The notes below the pieces were generated by a model, which saw only the letters and a program-made list of their open reading frames with translations, made no database searches and was not told the DNA's origin. From positions 191,766,001 to 191,830,000 of the forward strand of contig OZ360220.1 in NCBI GenBank assembly GCA_977017645.1: a stretch of DNA of 64,000 nucleotides, read 5' to 3'. The stretch is from Torpedo marmorata (taxonomy: Eukaryota). Shown one piece after another: positions 12,701-23,126 of the stretch. A program made the translations under genes and the position numbers. Position 1 is the first letter of the stretch, and each line of letters starts with the position of its first letter.

Positions 12701-14294
12701 TGTGGGACCCCGACTCCATGGCCACCCTCTGGCTTACCGGTACGATCGTTAGGCCACAGCGTTGAACAGTATCCGGGTGGATAAAGCTCTCAGTGCTGCC
12801 AGTGTCGAATAAACACGTTATCTTGTGTCCCTCGACCAGTATGTCCATCATGGATCTTGTCAGCTGGTGGGGAACGTTCTGGTCGAGGGTGATGGATGCC
12901 AAAGTTGGGGTGAAGTCGTCTTGGTCCGAGGTCTTTAAAAATGGCCGCTCCCGTGGGTTGCACGTGTCGCTGGAGGTCTCTGTACAAAATGGCGGCGCCG
13001 GAGGTGCAGGAAGTAACGAGGTACTGCTCTGAGATGGCGACGCCGGAAGTGCCAGCATGAAAGATGGCCGCTTCCACTCCTCACACGCGGTCGGTGCCAG
13101 AAGTGCCAGCATGAAAGATGGCCGCTTCCACTCCTCACACGCGGTCGGCGCCGGAAGTGCCAGTCTGCAAGATGGCCGCTCCCATCTCTCGCACGCGGCA
13201 CTACTCGGGCCCGCGCGCGGCTTGGAGCGGCAGGCCTTCGCGAAGTGGCCTTTCTTGCCGCAGTTGGAACAAGTCGCGTCGCAGGCCGGGCAGCGTTTCC
13301 TCGTATGCTTGTCGAGCCCGCAGAAGTAGCACTTCTCGGGCTCGCGATTAACAGCTGCGGCGGTGAGAGTAGCGTCGGTAGCGGTCGGGTCGCGGGTAGC
13401 GGCGGCAACAATCGGGTCGCGGGCCACAGCGGCCACAGTTGGATCGGTGGGGCTGGGGAACGGGACGATCCACGCATTAGCCTGGGGGTCCCGCGTCTGC
13501 ATCGCGTCGGAGTTCTGCAGCGCGGACTCCAGCGTGCGAGCCATCGCCACCGCAGAACGGAGATCGAGGTCAGAGTGCTCCAGCAGTCGCTGGCGTACGT
13601 ATACTGACCTCATCCCCATAATAAAGGTGTCCCTCTCCAGCAGATCAACAGGTTGTTCTTCAGTCAGCGCTTTACAGGCGCACGCTCGCACTAGGGACTG
13701 GATGTCCCTGACAAAGTCCACTATTGACTCCCCGGCCCGCTGTTTTCGTAACGATAGTCTATACCTCGCGTAGACCTCATTAACAGGGGTCACATAGATC
13801 TTTCTCAGTGCCTCCATCGCCTCGTCGTACGTCCCGCATTTCCAGATGGTTGAATACAACCGAGGGCTTACCCTAGATACTAGGACCTCTAGTTTCTGCT
13901 CGTCGCTTTCGGCCTTGACCTCCTTTGAGAACGATCGGAGGCAGCGTAGCCAGTGTTCGAATGCATGGCCAGCATCAGGAGCTAAAGGGTCGATGTCCAG
14001 TCGGTCCGGTCGGAGGGCACCTTCCATAATTTTTCTTATGTGTATTAAATTGATATGCCTATCAATTAGCACTCAAGAGACTATGAGAGGGTTAACGAAC
14101 CATAGGCTTTAATACACATAAAACAGACCAACAGTAGACCTGCAGATCTCGACCGGACTGTGGGCGGAGCAGTGGCACACAGGCCTTTATTCAGTTGAGA
14201 AAAGGGGAGGGATTACCTGGACACCCAAAGGAGGGGAGAGGAGTCGCCGGGACAGACAGCAGTACATACAATACACAAACAGTGGTTTACCACA
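9710..14294 (-). mobile_element. Ty3/Gypsy LTR retrotransposon B, intact
   Basis: 244-bp LTRs 9710-9953 and 14051-14294, no difference seen by eye; TSD GCCCA (9705-9709, 14295-14299). Confidence 0.97.
10038..14027 (-). CDS. Gypsy B single gag-pol polyprotein (~1329 aa)
   Basis: Open frame from ATG 14027: zinc knuckles, PR LFDTGS, RT YLDD, RH ESDASD, IN H..H..CxxC and D(SIDF)-D(HSDRG)-E(VERE). Confidence 0.93.
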   Translation of the reverse strand: MEGALRPDRLDIDPLAPDAGHAFEHWLRCLRSFSKEVKAESDEQKLEVLVSRVSPRLYSTIWKCGTYDEAMEALRKIYVTPVNEVYARYRLSLRKQRAGESIVDFVRDIQSLVRACACKALTEEQPVDLLERDTFIMGMRSVYVRQRLLEHSDLDLRSAVAMARTLESALQNSDAMQTRDPQANAWIVPFPSPTDPTVAAVARDPIVAAATRDPTATDATLTAAAVNREPEKCYFCGLDKHTRKRCPACDATCSNCGKKGHFAKACRSKPRAGPSSAACERWERPSCRLALPAPTACEEWKRPSFMLALLAPTACEEWKRPSFMLALPASPSQSSTSLLPAPPAPPFCTETSSDTCNPRERPFLKTSDQDDFTPTLASITLDQNVPHQLTRSMMDILVEGHKITCLFDTGSTESFIHPDTVQRCGLTIVPVSQRVAMESGSHTTDIRGACVANIVVQGTEYRQFSLFIMNRLCAPVLLGLDFQSHWQSVTMQYDGPFPAITVANHQFLDSTPETTCGLSTLKISPPSLFVNLTPDCRPVATKSRRYSAEDRAFIKMEVQRLLQEGIIEKSNSPWRAQVVVVKGVKSRMVVDYSQTINRFTLLDAYPLPRIAEMVNQIAQYRLFSTIDLKSAYHQLPIRREDHSYTAFEADGRLFQFLCLPFGVTNGVSVFQREMDRIVDHYKLKATFPYLDDITICGYDRQDHDNNLRRFLQAAKALNLTYNKEKCVFGTTRLAILGYVVENGVIGPDPERMRPLLELPLPTNPRALKRCLGFFSYYAQWVPNYADKARPLVKSTAFLLASEARKAFDLIKGDIARATMHAVDEETPFQVESDASDFALAATLNQAGRPVAFFSRTLQGPEIRHSAVEKEAQAIVEAIRHWRHYLAGKHFTLLTDQRSVAFMFNNQQRGKIKNDKIMRWRIELSTYNYDIMYRPGKLNEPSDALSRGSCASAQVDRLHALHDDLCHPGITRLFHFVKSQNLPYSLEEVRTMISSCRVCTECKPQFYRPDKAQLIKATRPFERLSIDFKGPLPSTNRNVYFLNIIDEYSRFPFAIPCPDTLAASTIKALRQVFTLFGFPNYIHSDRGSAFMSEELRQFLLTRGIATSRTTAYNPRGNGQVERENATVWKAALLALKSRGLPVSRWQDVLPEALHSIRSLLCTATNVMPHERFFSFSRRSNTGTALPAWLTSPGPVLLRNHLRSSKYEPAVQRVQLAHANPQYAYVVFPDGREDTVSIRDLAPAGAPEEPLDGQDHSLRPLPIPSSTTSDQAPSMEPTILPSHPAPQEEATALPSSPAPQPAPRVPRAPQPAPRVLRRSQRRAKPPDRLDL

Positions 14295-17200
14295 GCCCAG
14301 AGTCACTGAGTGTCCATGAATCGAGTCAAGTCTGCCCTAGAGCAGGTAATCCACCCAGACCAGCCCTGCACAGTTCCGGGCAGGAAAATTTCTGACTGCC
14401 TCACGCTGCTCAGAGATACTATCGCCTACGTGCTGGACAGGGGGGTGGACACCTGCCTAGTCAGCTTAGACCAGGAGAAGGCTTTCGACTGGATATTGCA
14501 CACATACATGATGGATGTGCTCACCAAAATGGGCTTTGGGGAGGGAATCCAGATTAAACTGCTCTACATGGACATCCGTAGTGCAGTCCAAATCAATGTA
14601 GAAACAGATAGCTTCCCCATCAAGTCTGGAGTCAGGCAGGATTGCCCACAGTCTCTAGTCTTATTTGTGCGCTGCATAGAGCCCTTTGCTGAATTTATCA
14701 GGAAGGACGAGGGCATAAGAGGAGTGACGTTGCCAGGCAGTGGAGGCACAAGGCCTCCCTGTAAATGGATGATGTCACCATCTTCTGTTTGGACACACGA
14801 TTGGTCCACAGACTGATCAGCATCTGCAGCCATTTTGAGTCTGCATTGGGCAGCAGGGTAAACCGGAAGAAGAGCGAGGCAATTCTCTTCGGTAATTGGT
14901 CCGACCGGTCCACCATCCCCTTCAACGCCAGATCTGACTAGCTGAAGGTGTTGGGAATCTGGTCTGGAAGGGCCGAGGCATGCAACAAAAATTGGTTGGA
15001 GCAGATTGCAAAGGTCCACCAGAAATTGGGTCTGTGGGCGCGGTGCTCCCTCTCAATAACAGGGAAGAACCTTGTCATCAGTTGCGAGGTGCTCTCGGTA
15101 CTGCTGTACGTGGTGCAGGTATGGCCCATCCCCACACCATCGCCCTGGTGGTCACTAGAGCTGTCTTCCGGCTCATATGGGGATCCAAGATGGAAAGGGT
15201 CCGAAGGGTTGCCATGTACAAGTCGCCAGACAACGGGGGCAAGGGCGTACCTAATGTGGCCCTCATCCTGATGACCACCTTTATGCATCAGGCTGTGCGT
15301 GGAAAAAGTACGAAGGCACCAAGTGCCGCTATGCGCTGAGGTTCTACCTGTCCCAGGTGTTGCGAAGGTTGGGCCTGGCCCCGTTTCCTTGCAAGCCCCA
15401 ATCAGCTGGACTTTGCCACACCACCTATCCTTCGTGGAAAAGTAATTCCAGGCAAATAAGTCCATCAGACAATGGCCAGCACAGAACATCTTGCAGATAT
15501 TGAGAGAAGAGGACTCGATGGATACTATGGGGTGGTTCCCTGAACAAACTGACCAGGTCATCTGGCGGAATTCCTCATCGCCAGTGCTCACTAACAAACA
15601 CCAGGACTTGACCTGGCTGGCGGTGAGAGAAACCCTCCTGGTCAGATCTTTCCTGTACAACAGAAATATCGCCCACAGCGCACCTTGTCCCCAAGATGAC
15701 TGTGGTGGAGTGGAGACAGTCGCCCTCCTCTTTGCAGAATGAAGATTGCTAAAAGTGTGTGGAGTAGGATGCAAGGGTCCTTGTCACAGTTCATCCCCAG
15801 TCGCAGCGTGACAGAAGACTCTCTGATTTATGGGCTGTTCCCAGGGATGCACACAGAGTCAGACATCCAGAGCTGCTGGAAGATCGACTCGGTGAAAGAT
15901 GCCCTATGGTCTGCCCGAAACGTTGATCTTTCAGCACACTAAGATGTCAGCGAGAGAATGCTGCCGACTGCCACATTCCAGGCTGCAAGAATATATGCTG
16001 AGGGACGCACTTGAGGCTTGGTGCAGCCAACGCAAGGGCATTGTAGGGAAGGACCACAGTCTAGAGTCCTTCTGTCATCAGGCATCGAGGGGCTGAGTCT
16101 GAAGAGAAGTCCTTCAAAGAACAGCTGGTGGAGTAACGACAAGATGGCACAGTCGTGGCAATAGTGTAAATAGAGAATGTATGTAACAATGTACATTGAT
16201 GAAAATGTATGGATATGACACTAAGGATGTGAAAAGAGTATGAATGGTTTTGTTTTTTGTAAATAATTTATTGTGTTTAAAGTTTGTTTTTGGAAAAAAA
16301 AATAATGCAATAGACCTCAGCAGCCCTCTGGGAGAAGAGTTCCAAGTTTCCAAAACCCTTTGTGTACTGTTGTGTTTCCTAGCATCACTCCTGAATGACC
16401 TGGTACAGGTGGTAACAAATAGTGTCCCTTATGATACTCTCCACCCTGCCTTCACCAGAGCAAATAGTTTCTCGCTGTCAACCCAATTAATTTCTGAGAT
16501 TATTTTAAACGTCATGAAGAGACATCCCTTGCTGTCCCATACTTGAGGTATTACAACATATTCTGTGAAATCTATCTTTGTAAATTAACCCTTTCATCTC
16601 CTCTATCATTCTGGTCTAGCTGTGGAATAATAGAGCAATTGTGCTGTTATTATATTGCTCAGCTTTTTATTTTTGCAGATATTGATGAAGTCAAAATACA
16701 CAAATGGCTGGCTATGTTCTTTTTCTCTCCATGAAAGTAGCAGCACTCTTGAGACTCATAAATAGACAAAATCAACGTACAAGAAAAGACCATTTGTCTC
16801 ATTGAGTCTTCCATCCATTTCATGTACATCATCGACTACAGCTCAGCTTTCAACACCATCATACCCTCAGTGCTGGTCAACAAGCTTCAAAACCTGGGCC
16901 TCTGCACCCCTCTCTGCAACTGGATCCTTGACTTCCTCATCGAAAGACCACAGTCAGTACGAATTGGAAACGACGTCTCCTCCTCACCGACAATCAACAC
17001 AGGTGCACCTCAAGGATGGTGTTCCTGGCAGAGGCAATAGCATTTAAGAAAGAAATACTCAATTCCTAGCCCACCAAGCTGAGCTATTGAAACCATTCCA
17101 TCTGGTCACCATGTTTAGCTCCTGACTTCTGGAATTCTTTCCTTACACTTTCCACACTCTCCTCCTTTTCAGTTCCATTTTTAAACCTACTTCTTTGATC

Positions 17201-18784
17201 AAGATTTTAGTAGCATATGTTAATATCTCTGCCATTCTCAGAGCCAAAGGTGTCAAAACAGGTAATGTCAATGTAAGACTCAGTAAAACCTTGTTACCGC
17301 TGATGTATGTGCTTAGAATATATATTTTCCTGGTGATCCTGGTTAGAATCATAGACTTGTGCAATGTAGGAAGTGGCTACCTCACTCATCATGACTGTAC
17401 TAACTATTTGAAATTCTACATGTTATTCAGAATCAGAATTTATTGTCATGAACATGTGTCACGAAATTTGTCATTTTGCGGCAGCTTTACAGTGCATATA
17501 TTGCTATAAATTAGATTTTAAAATAAACAAATTAGCGCAAAATAAGAGAAAGTGAAGTAGTGTCTGTGTTTCATTGTCCATTCAGAAATCTGATGACAAA
17601 AGGGAAGAAGCTGTCCTTGTGCCGCTTTGGTGTTTGTCTTCAGGCTCCTGTACCTCCTTCCTGATGGTAGTAGTATGAAGAGGGCATGAACAGGGCCGCG
17701 AGGGTCCTTGAGGAAAGAGGCTGCTTTCTTAAGACACCATCTCTTGTAGACGTCCTCAATGGAGTGAAGACTGATGCCCATGATGGCGCTGGCCAGTTCA
17801 CAACTCTCTGTAGTTTTTTTCCTGTCCTGTGCATTGGCACCTACTGTATGTACTAGACAGTGATGCAACCAATCAGAATGCTCTCGACGGTACACCTGTA
17901 GAAATTCACAAGAGTCTTTGGTGACATACCAAATTTCCTCAAAATCCTCACGAAGTATAGCTGCGGGGAAGCGTTCTTCATGATTGCATCGACATGGAGC
18001 CCCCAGGACAGACCTTCAGAGATGTTGACACCCAGGAATTTGGTTCTTAACCCTTTCCACTGCTAACCCCTCAATAAGGACTGGTTCTGTTCTCCTGATT
18101 TTCCCCTCCTGAAGTCCACAATCAGCTCCTTAGTTTTGCTAACGTTGAATGCAAGGTTGTTGTTGTGACACAACTCAACTAGCTGATCAATCTCCCTCCT
18201 GTGCGCTTCCTCATTGCTGTCTGTGATTCTGCCGACAACCGTGGGGTCATCGGCAAATATGTAGACAGCATTTGAATTGTGCCTAGTCACACGCCCGTGG
18301 GCATAGAGCGAATAGAGCAGTGGGCTAAGCATGCATCCTTGAGGTGCACCTGTGTTGATTGTCAGTGAGGAGGATACGTTGTTTCCGATTCGTACTGACT
18401 GTGGTCTTTCGATGAGGAAGTCATGGATCCAGTTGCAGAGTGGGGTACAGAGGCCCAGGTTTTGAAGGTTGTTGACCAGCACTGAGGGTATGATGGTGTT
18501 GAAAGCTGAGCTGTAGTCGATGTACATGTTGCTGCTGTCGAGGTGGTCCAGAGCTGAGTGAAGAGCCAGTGATATTGCATCTTTTATGGAGCGATTGTGA
18601 TGGTAGGTGAATTGCAGTGGGTCTAGATCTTTACTTAGGTACGAGTTAATTCTGGCCATGGCTAATCTCTCAAAGCATTTTATCACAGCCAGATGGCATT
18701 AACATTGACTTTTCTGCTTTCCACTAAACCTGCTTGTCGTTCCCTTCCCCTCCCCCCTCACCTGTCCTTCCTGCTTTTCTCCAC

Positions 18785-19036
18785 TGATATACCTATCAAT
18801 GACAGACGCGAGTCTAGAAGTGCAGGAATTAATAGGCTTTTATTACCAGAATCAAAGCCAGGGCTAAGCTACACCTTGACCTGGTGATCCCTGCTGGATT
18901 GTCCCGGAACTGGGGGAGGAGTTGCTGGCTCAAGGCCTTTATTCCATGTAAAGGGGGAGGAGTCACCGGGACAGACAGACAGGTCATGGTCATACCTGCC
19001 TCAGGCCACAATACATACTGAAAGTGGTTTACAACA
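18785..19036 (-). mobile_element. Solo LTR of the Gypsy D family
   Basis: Homologous along its length to 39657-39904; TG..CA ends; TSD TCCAC (18780-18784, 19037-19041). Confidence 0.93.
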
Positions 19037-19169
19037 TCCACCTACCCAGCCATCCCTCCTCCCCCTCTTTGCTGCTGTCCCCTCCCTCCTTTCTCCACCT
19101 ATCATCTCCTGCCTTTGCCACCCCCCTTCCCCCCTCACTCTTTTGTTCGGACGCCTGCTGGCATTTTCT

Positions 19170-19210
19170 CATACTTTGATGAAGGGCTCAAGCCCGAAAC
19201 GTCGGTTATG
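19170..19210 (+). ncRNA. Minimal type-I hammerhead ribozyme-like motif (Penelope type)
   Basis: catac-t-TTGATGA-a-GGGC-tcaa-GCCC-GAAA-cGTC-ggttatg; core has U instead of the canonical C3. Confidence 0.6.
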
Positions 19211-22209
19211 TATTTCTACCTTTGCTACATAAAAGACACTGTTTGACCTGCTGAGTTTCTCCAGCATTTGTGTTTTTTACTTCAATCACGGTGTCTACAG
19301 ATTTTCGTGTTTTACTTATCACAGTGGACGTGAGTGCAACTGGGCGATATTCATTGAGGCAGCTCACTCTGCTCTTCTTGGGCACCGGAATGATTGATGC
19401 CCTTTTGAAGCAGGTGGGAACCTCCAACTGCAGCAGTGAGAGATTGAAAATATCCGTGAATACTCCAGCTAGTTGGTTGGCACAGATTTTCAGCACCCTG
19501 CCAGGTACGCCATCAGGGCCTGATGCCTTGCGAGGGTTTACCCTTTTTGAAAGATGTTCTGACATTTGCCTCAGGGACAAATATCAGAGGGTTGTCAGCT
19601 TCTGCAGGGATTCTCATTGATACCATGGAGTTCTCCTTTTCATAGCGAGCATAAAAGGTGTTCAGCTCATCAGGTAGTGAAGCATCACAGCTACTTATGG
19701 TGTTCGGCATTGCCTTGTAGAATGTAATGGTCTGTAATTCCTGTATCTGACTCTGTCTCTAGCTTCCCTTGGAATTGCCTCTTTGCTGATGAGATGGCCT
19801 TCCGTCGGTCGTACCTGAACATCCTGTAGAGATCTGGATCACTGGACTTAAACGCCATCAATCTTGCCCTCAGCAGGTTGCAAAACTTTTGATTCATCCA
19901 CGGCTTCTGGTTGGGATACTCACGGTATGTACACGTGGGCATACTCTCATCCACGCAGGTTTTGATGAAGTCAGTGACCGCCGTGGCACATTCATTCAGG
20001 TTTGAGGATGAGTCCTTGAATATGGTCCAGTCCACTGATTCAAAGCAGCCCTGCAGGCGCTCCTCTGCCTCCCTCGACCATACTTTCACCGTCTTCACCC
20101 CTGGTGCTGTAGTCGTCAGTCTTTGATGGTGTGCCAGGAGAGGAACTACAGCCAGGTGATTAGACTTGCCGAAGTGCGGTCGTGGGATGGCTCGGTAGGC
20201 GTTCTTCATGGTGATGTAGCAGTGGTCAAGTGTGTTTCTCAGGTAATATGTTGGTGATAGTTTGTCAGCGACTTCTTCAGGCTGGCCTGGTTGAAGTCCC
20301 TTACAATGATCAGAAAAGCATCAGGGTGCCTCTCATGACTGCTGATTATAGTGCTCAGCCCCTCCAGTGCCAGACTGATGTTAACGTGGGGCGGAATGTA
20401 CACAGCAACCAGGATGATGGCGGAGAATTCCCTCGGGAGATAGAATGGACGACACTTGATCGTCAAATGTTCCAGGTCAGGGGAGCAGGAGTGGCACATC
20501 ACCGTCACATTTGTGAACCACGATGAATTGATAATGCAGCAAACGCCGCCGCGTCTGCCTTTACCTGACGCCAGTTGATGGTGAAGCCCATGTGTGCTGT
20601 GTCCGGAATGCTCTCATTCAGCCATGTCTCTGTGAAGCACATCACACAGAAATCCCTGATGTCCCTCTGTAATCTGGCTCTGAGTTCATCCAGTTTATTT
20701 TCCAAGATTGTACGTTGGCCAGGAGGATGGTAGGGAGTGGGGGCCTCAGAACCCAGCATCTTAGTTTAACCAGTAACCCCCCCTCTGCATCCGCACGATC
20801 GGGTCTTCTTTAAATAGTCCATGCGTCGGCTATTCGAGTCACCCGCAGTCTTTAAATGGCCGGTGGTTCAGCTGTTTGCATCTCCCACAGTATTTAAATA
20901 GCCCATGCATCGGCTTTTCTGATTGCCCGCAGTCTTTGAATGGCCCGTGCGTCGGTTGCTCGTGCACTGGCTGTTTGAATCTCCCCCGGTCTGCTGGAGT
21001 ATGCCGCTCCCGACAATTGCAAGATCTACAGACGTTCTTAGTACAGCGTTACTTACTGGTAAGTTGGTTTCTGTGGCTGTGGGTTTGATTTGTAATAGTT
21101 CTGAACAGGAATATATGATGATTTCTATTGGAGTGGCACACTGTAAGGCGCCATCTTTTTTTAATTATTCCTGTTCTTGCACTGTAAAATATATCCTATT
21201 ATCGAGATTTTAAATAAACATCCCACTGGATCTGCTTTCACTGCCTTTTCAGCAGTGCGAATTGGAAACAACGTCTCATCCTCACTGATTATCAACACAG
21301 GCGCACCCCAAGGATGCGTGCTTAGCTCACTGCTCTACTCGTTATACATCCATGACTGTGTGGCCAGGCACAATTCCAATGCCATCTACAAGTCTGCCGA
21401 TGATACCACAGTTTTCGGCAGAATCACAAACGGCAATGAGGAAGCGTGCAGGAGGGAGATAGATCAGCTCGTTGAATGGTGTAACGACAACAACCTTGCG
21501 CTCAACGTCAGCAAAACCAAGGAGATGATTGTGGACTTCAGGAGGAAGTCAGGGGAACACGACCCAGTCCTCATCGAGGGCTCAGTAGTGGAGAGGGTCA
21601 AGAACTTCAAATTCCTGGGTGTCAACATCTCCGAGGATCTGTCCTGGAGCCTCCACGTTGATGCAATCACAAAGAAGGCTCGCCAGCGGCTATACTTTGT
21701 GAGGTGTCTGAGGAGATTCGGTATGTCACCGAAGACTCTTGTAAACTTCTACAGGTGTACCGTGGAGAGCATTCTGGCTGGTTGCATCACTGCCTGGTAT
21801 GAAGGCGCCAACTCTCAGGACAAGAATAAACTCCAGAGGGTTGTTAACTCGGCCTGTGACATCACAGGCACCAGACTTCACTCCATTGAGGACATCTACA
21901 CGAGATGGTGTCTTAAAAAAGCAGCCTCTGTCCTCAAAGACCCCCACCACACAGGCCATGCCCTCTTCACTCTGCTACCACTGGGAAAAAGGTACAGGAG
22001 CCTAAAGTCGAGCAGACAACGGCACAAGGACAGATTCTTCCCCGCTGCCATCAGATTCCTGAATAATTAATGAACCAAAGACGCTGACTTACTTTTCGTG
22101 TAAGAGCCGTAGGCTCGTTAACTTACCGTTGTTGCGGCGCTCCGATGTCTCGTCGGGCCTTGGAGCGCTTGCGTTGTTCTGTGGGCCGTCGTCGGCCCGT
22201 TCTTTGATA

Positions 22210-22261
22210 TGCGCATGCGCGGGAGTGCCGACGGGCGCATGCGCAGTATGGAGTGACGTCA
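22210..22261 (+). promoter_or_regulatory. Two NRF1-type palindromes and a CRE in the BEL LTR (repeated in the 3' LTR)
   Basis: TGCGCATGCGC 22210-22220, GCGCATGCGCA 22235-22245, TGACGTCA 22254-22261, in a CpG-rich segment. Confidence 0.55.
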
Positions 22262-23126
22262 TTGTGCGCGTGGGAGGCTGGGAGTTGTAGTATGCGCGGG
22301 GTAGGATGCGCAGAGCCATTAGAGAGAGAGAGAGAAGGAAAGGAAAAGATGTATGGAGGGTGAGTCTGGTCTCCACATCTTTATTGACCGTTTTATATAG
22401 TTTTATAATCGTTTTATAATGTTTTTATAACTTCAACATCATCTACAGTGTTTCATATCGTTTTGGAATTGTTTAAGGAATAATTTAAAGGAACTCATCA
22501 TACATTGTTTACAAGAACTGTTTATATTAAAGTCATTGAAGATTACTGCAAGTCATGTGTGAAAATAAAGGTTTTGAACATATTGGACTTTGTTAGTAAA
22601 TTAATTAAAACGCGTCAAAAGCAAGGACCACACTTAGCCTCCAGGTGACTATTGGTGGAGCGAAGTCACCGTTACTTATAGTCAATAAAGTGCTGGCTGT
22701 TTGGAACAGAAGTTTGAAGGAAAGAAGATAGAAAAAACTCTCTGTGCTTTGGACTGATATAAAATGGTGGCCATTTTGAAGATGCCTCGAGTTGGGGGCA
22801 GTTTGTAATCTACATCCATCTGCCATGAGTAACAGCCAGAGAGGGATTTAAAGCTTCAAATCTTATAATAAAGTGTCCTATAAATACGTTGGAGAAACCA
22901 TTTTTGGAAAATCAGTGATATTAGTGACGGATGTTGTGGTTGAAACTCGTTTGTGGATTGCAGCACATTACAGTCATTTGAAGTGGTAGGCATAAGTCTG
23001 TGGACTCCTTCTGTGTATCTTTAGCAAGTAAGAACACAGATTGGAATTGCTGCCGCTGGTCCATTGGGGACTGTTGTTTGGCTAGTGTTGTGTATGCTTG
23101 AAGGAAAGAGGAACAAGACGAGTAAA

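Larger units (their letters stand above)
9290..16281 (+). mobile_element. Tx1-like (L1 clade) LINE ORF2 remnant, split by insertions (pieces ~9290-9545 and ~14320-16281)
   Basis: KTPRRDGLPAELY..GIITLIFKQKG continues after the inserts as NRVKSALEQVIHPDQ..LDQEKAFD..SGVRQDCP; later CPQDDCGGVETV zinc-finger-like segment; A-run at ~16274-16282. Confidence 0.8.
18689..19315 (+). mobile_element. Penelope-type terminal repeat inserted in the Rex1 LINE
   Basis: Flanked by TTATCACAG at 18680-18688 and 19316-19324; pyrimidine-rich body plus hammerhead-like motif. Confidence 0.7.
17426..21070 (-). mobile_element. Near full-length degenerate Rex1/Babar LINE with nested inserts
   Basis: Minus-strand fragments: EN (CFTETWL, VAVYIPP, DFNQASL), KASGPDG, RT ([20 protein letters not shown]), C-terminus; (attctg)n tail at ~17426. 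5' boundary approximate. Confidence 0.85.

Noticed and set aside
14028-14072. N-terminal extensions of gag ORFs into the LTR (MLIDRHIN.., VIDGRINF.., VIDRYINF..)
   Set aside because: Non-ATG starts; the similarity is explained by the conserved U5 hairpin and primer-site DNA, and copy A has an upstream in-frame stop.
22089-22376. Duplicated ORF METRLTLH.. (also 27089-27547)
   Set aside because: It is just the GC-rich LTR read antisense in both LTR copies.
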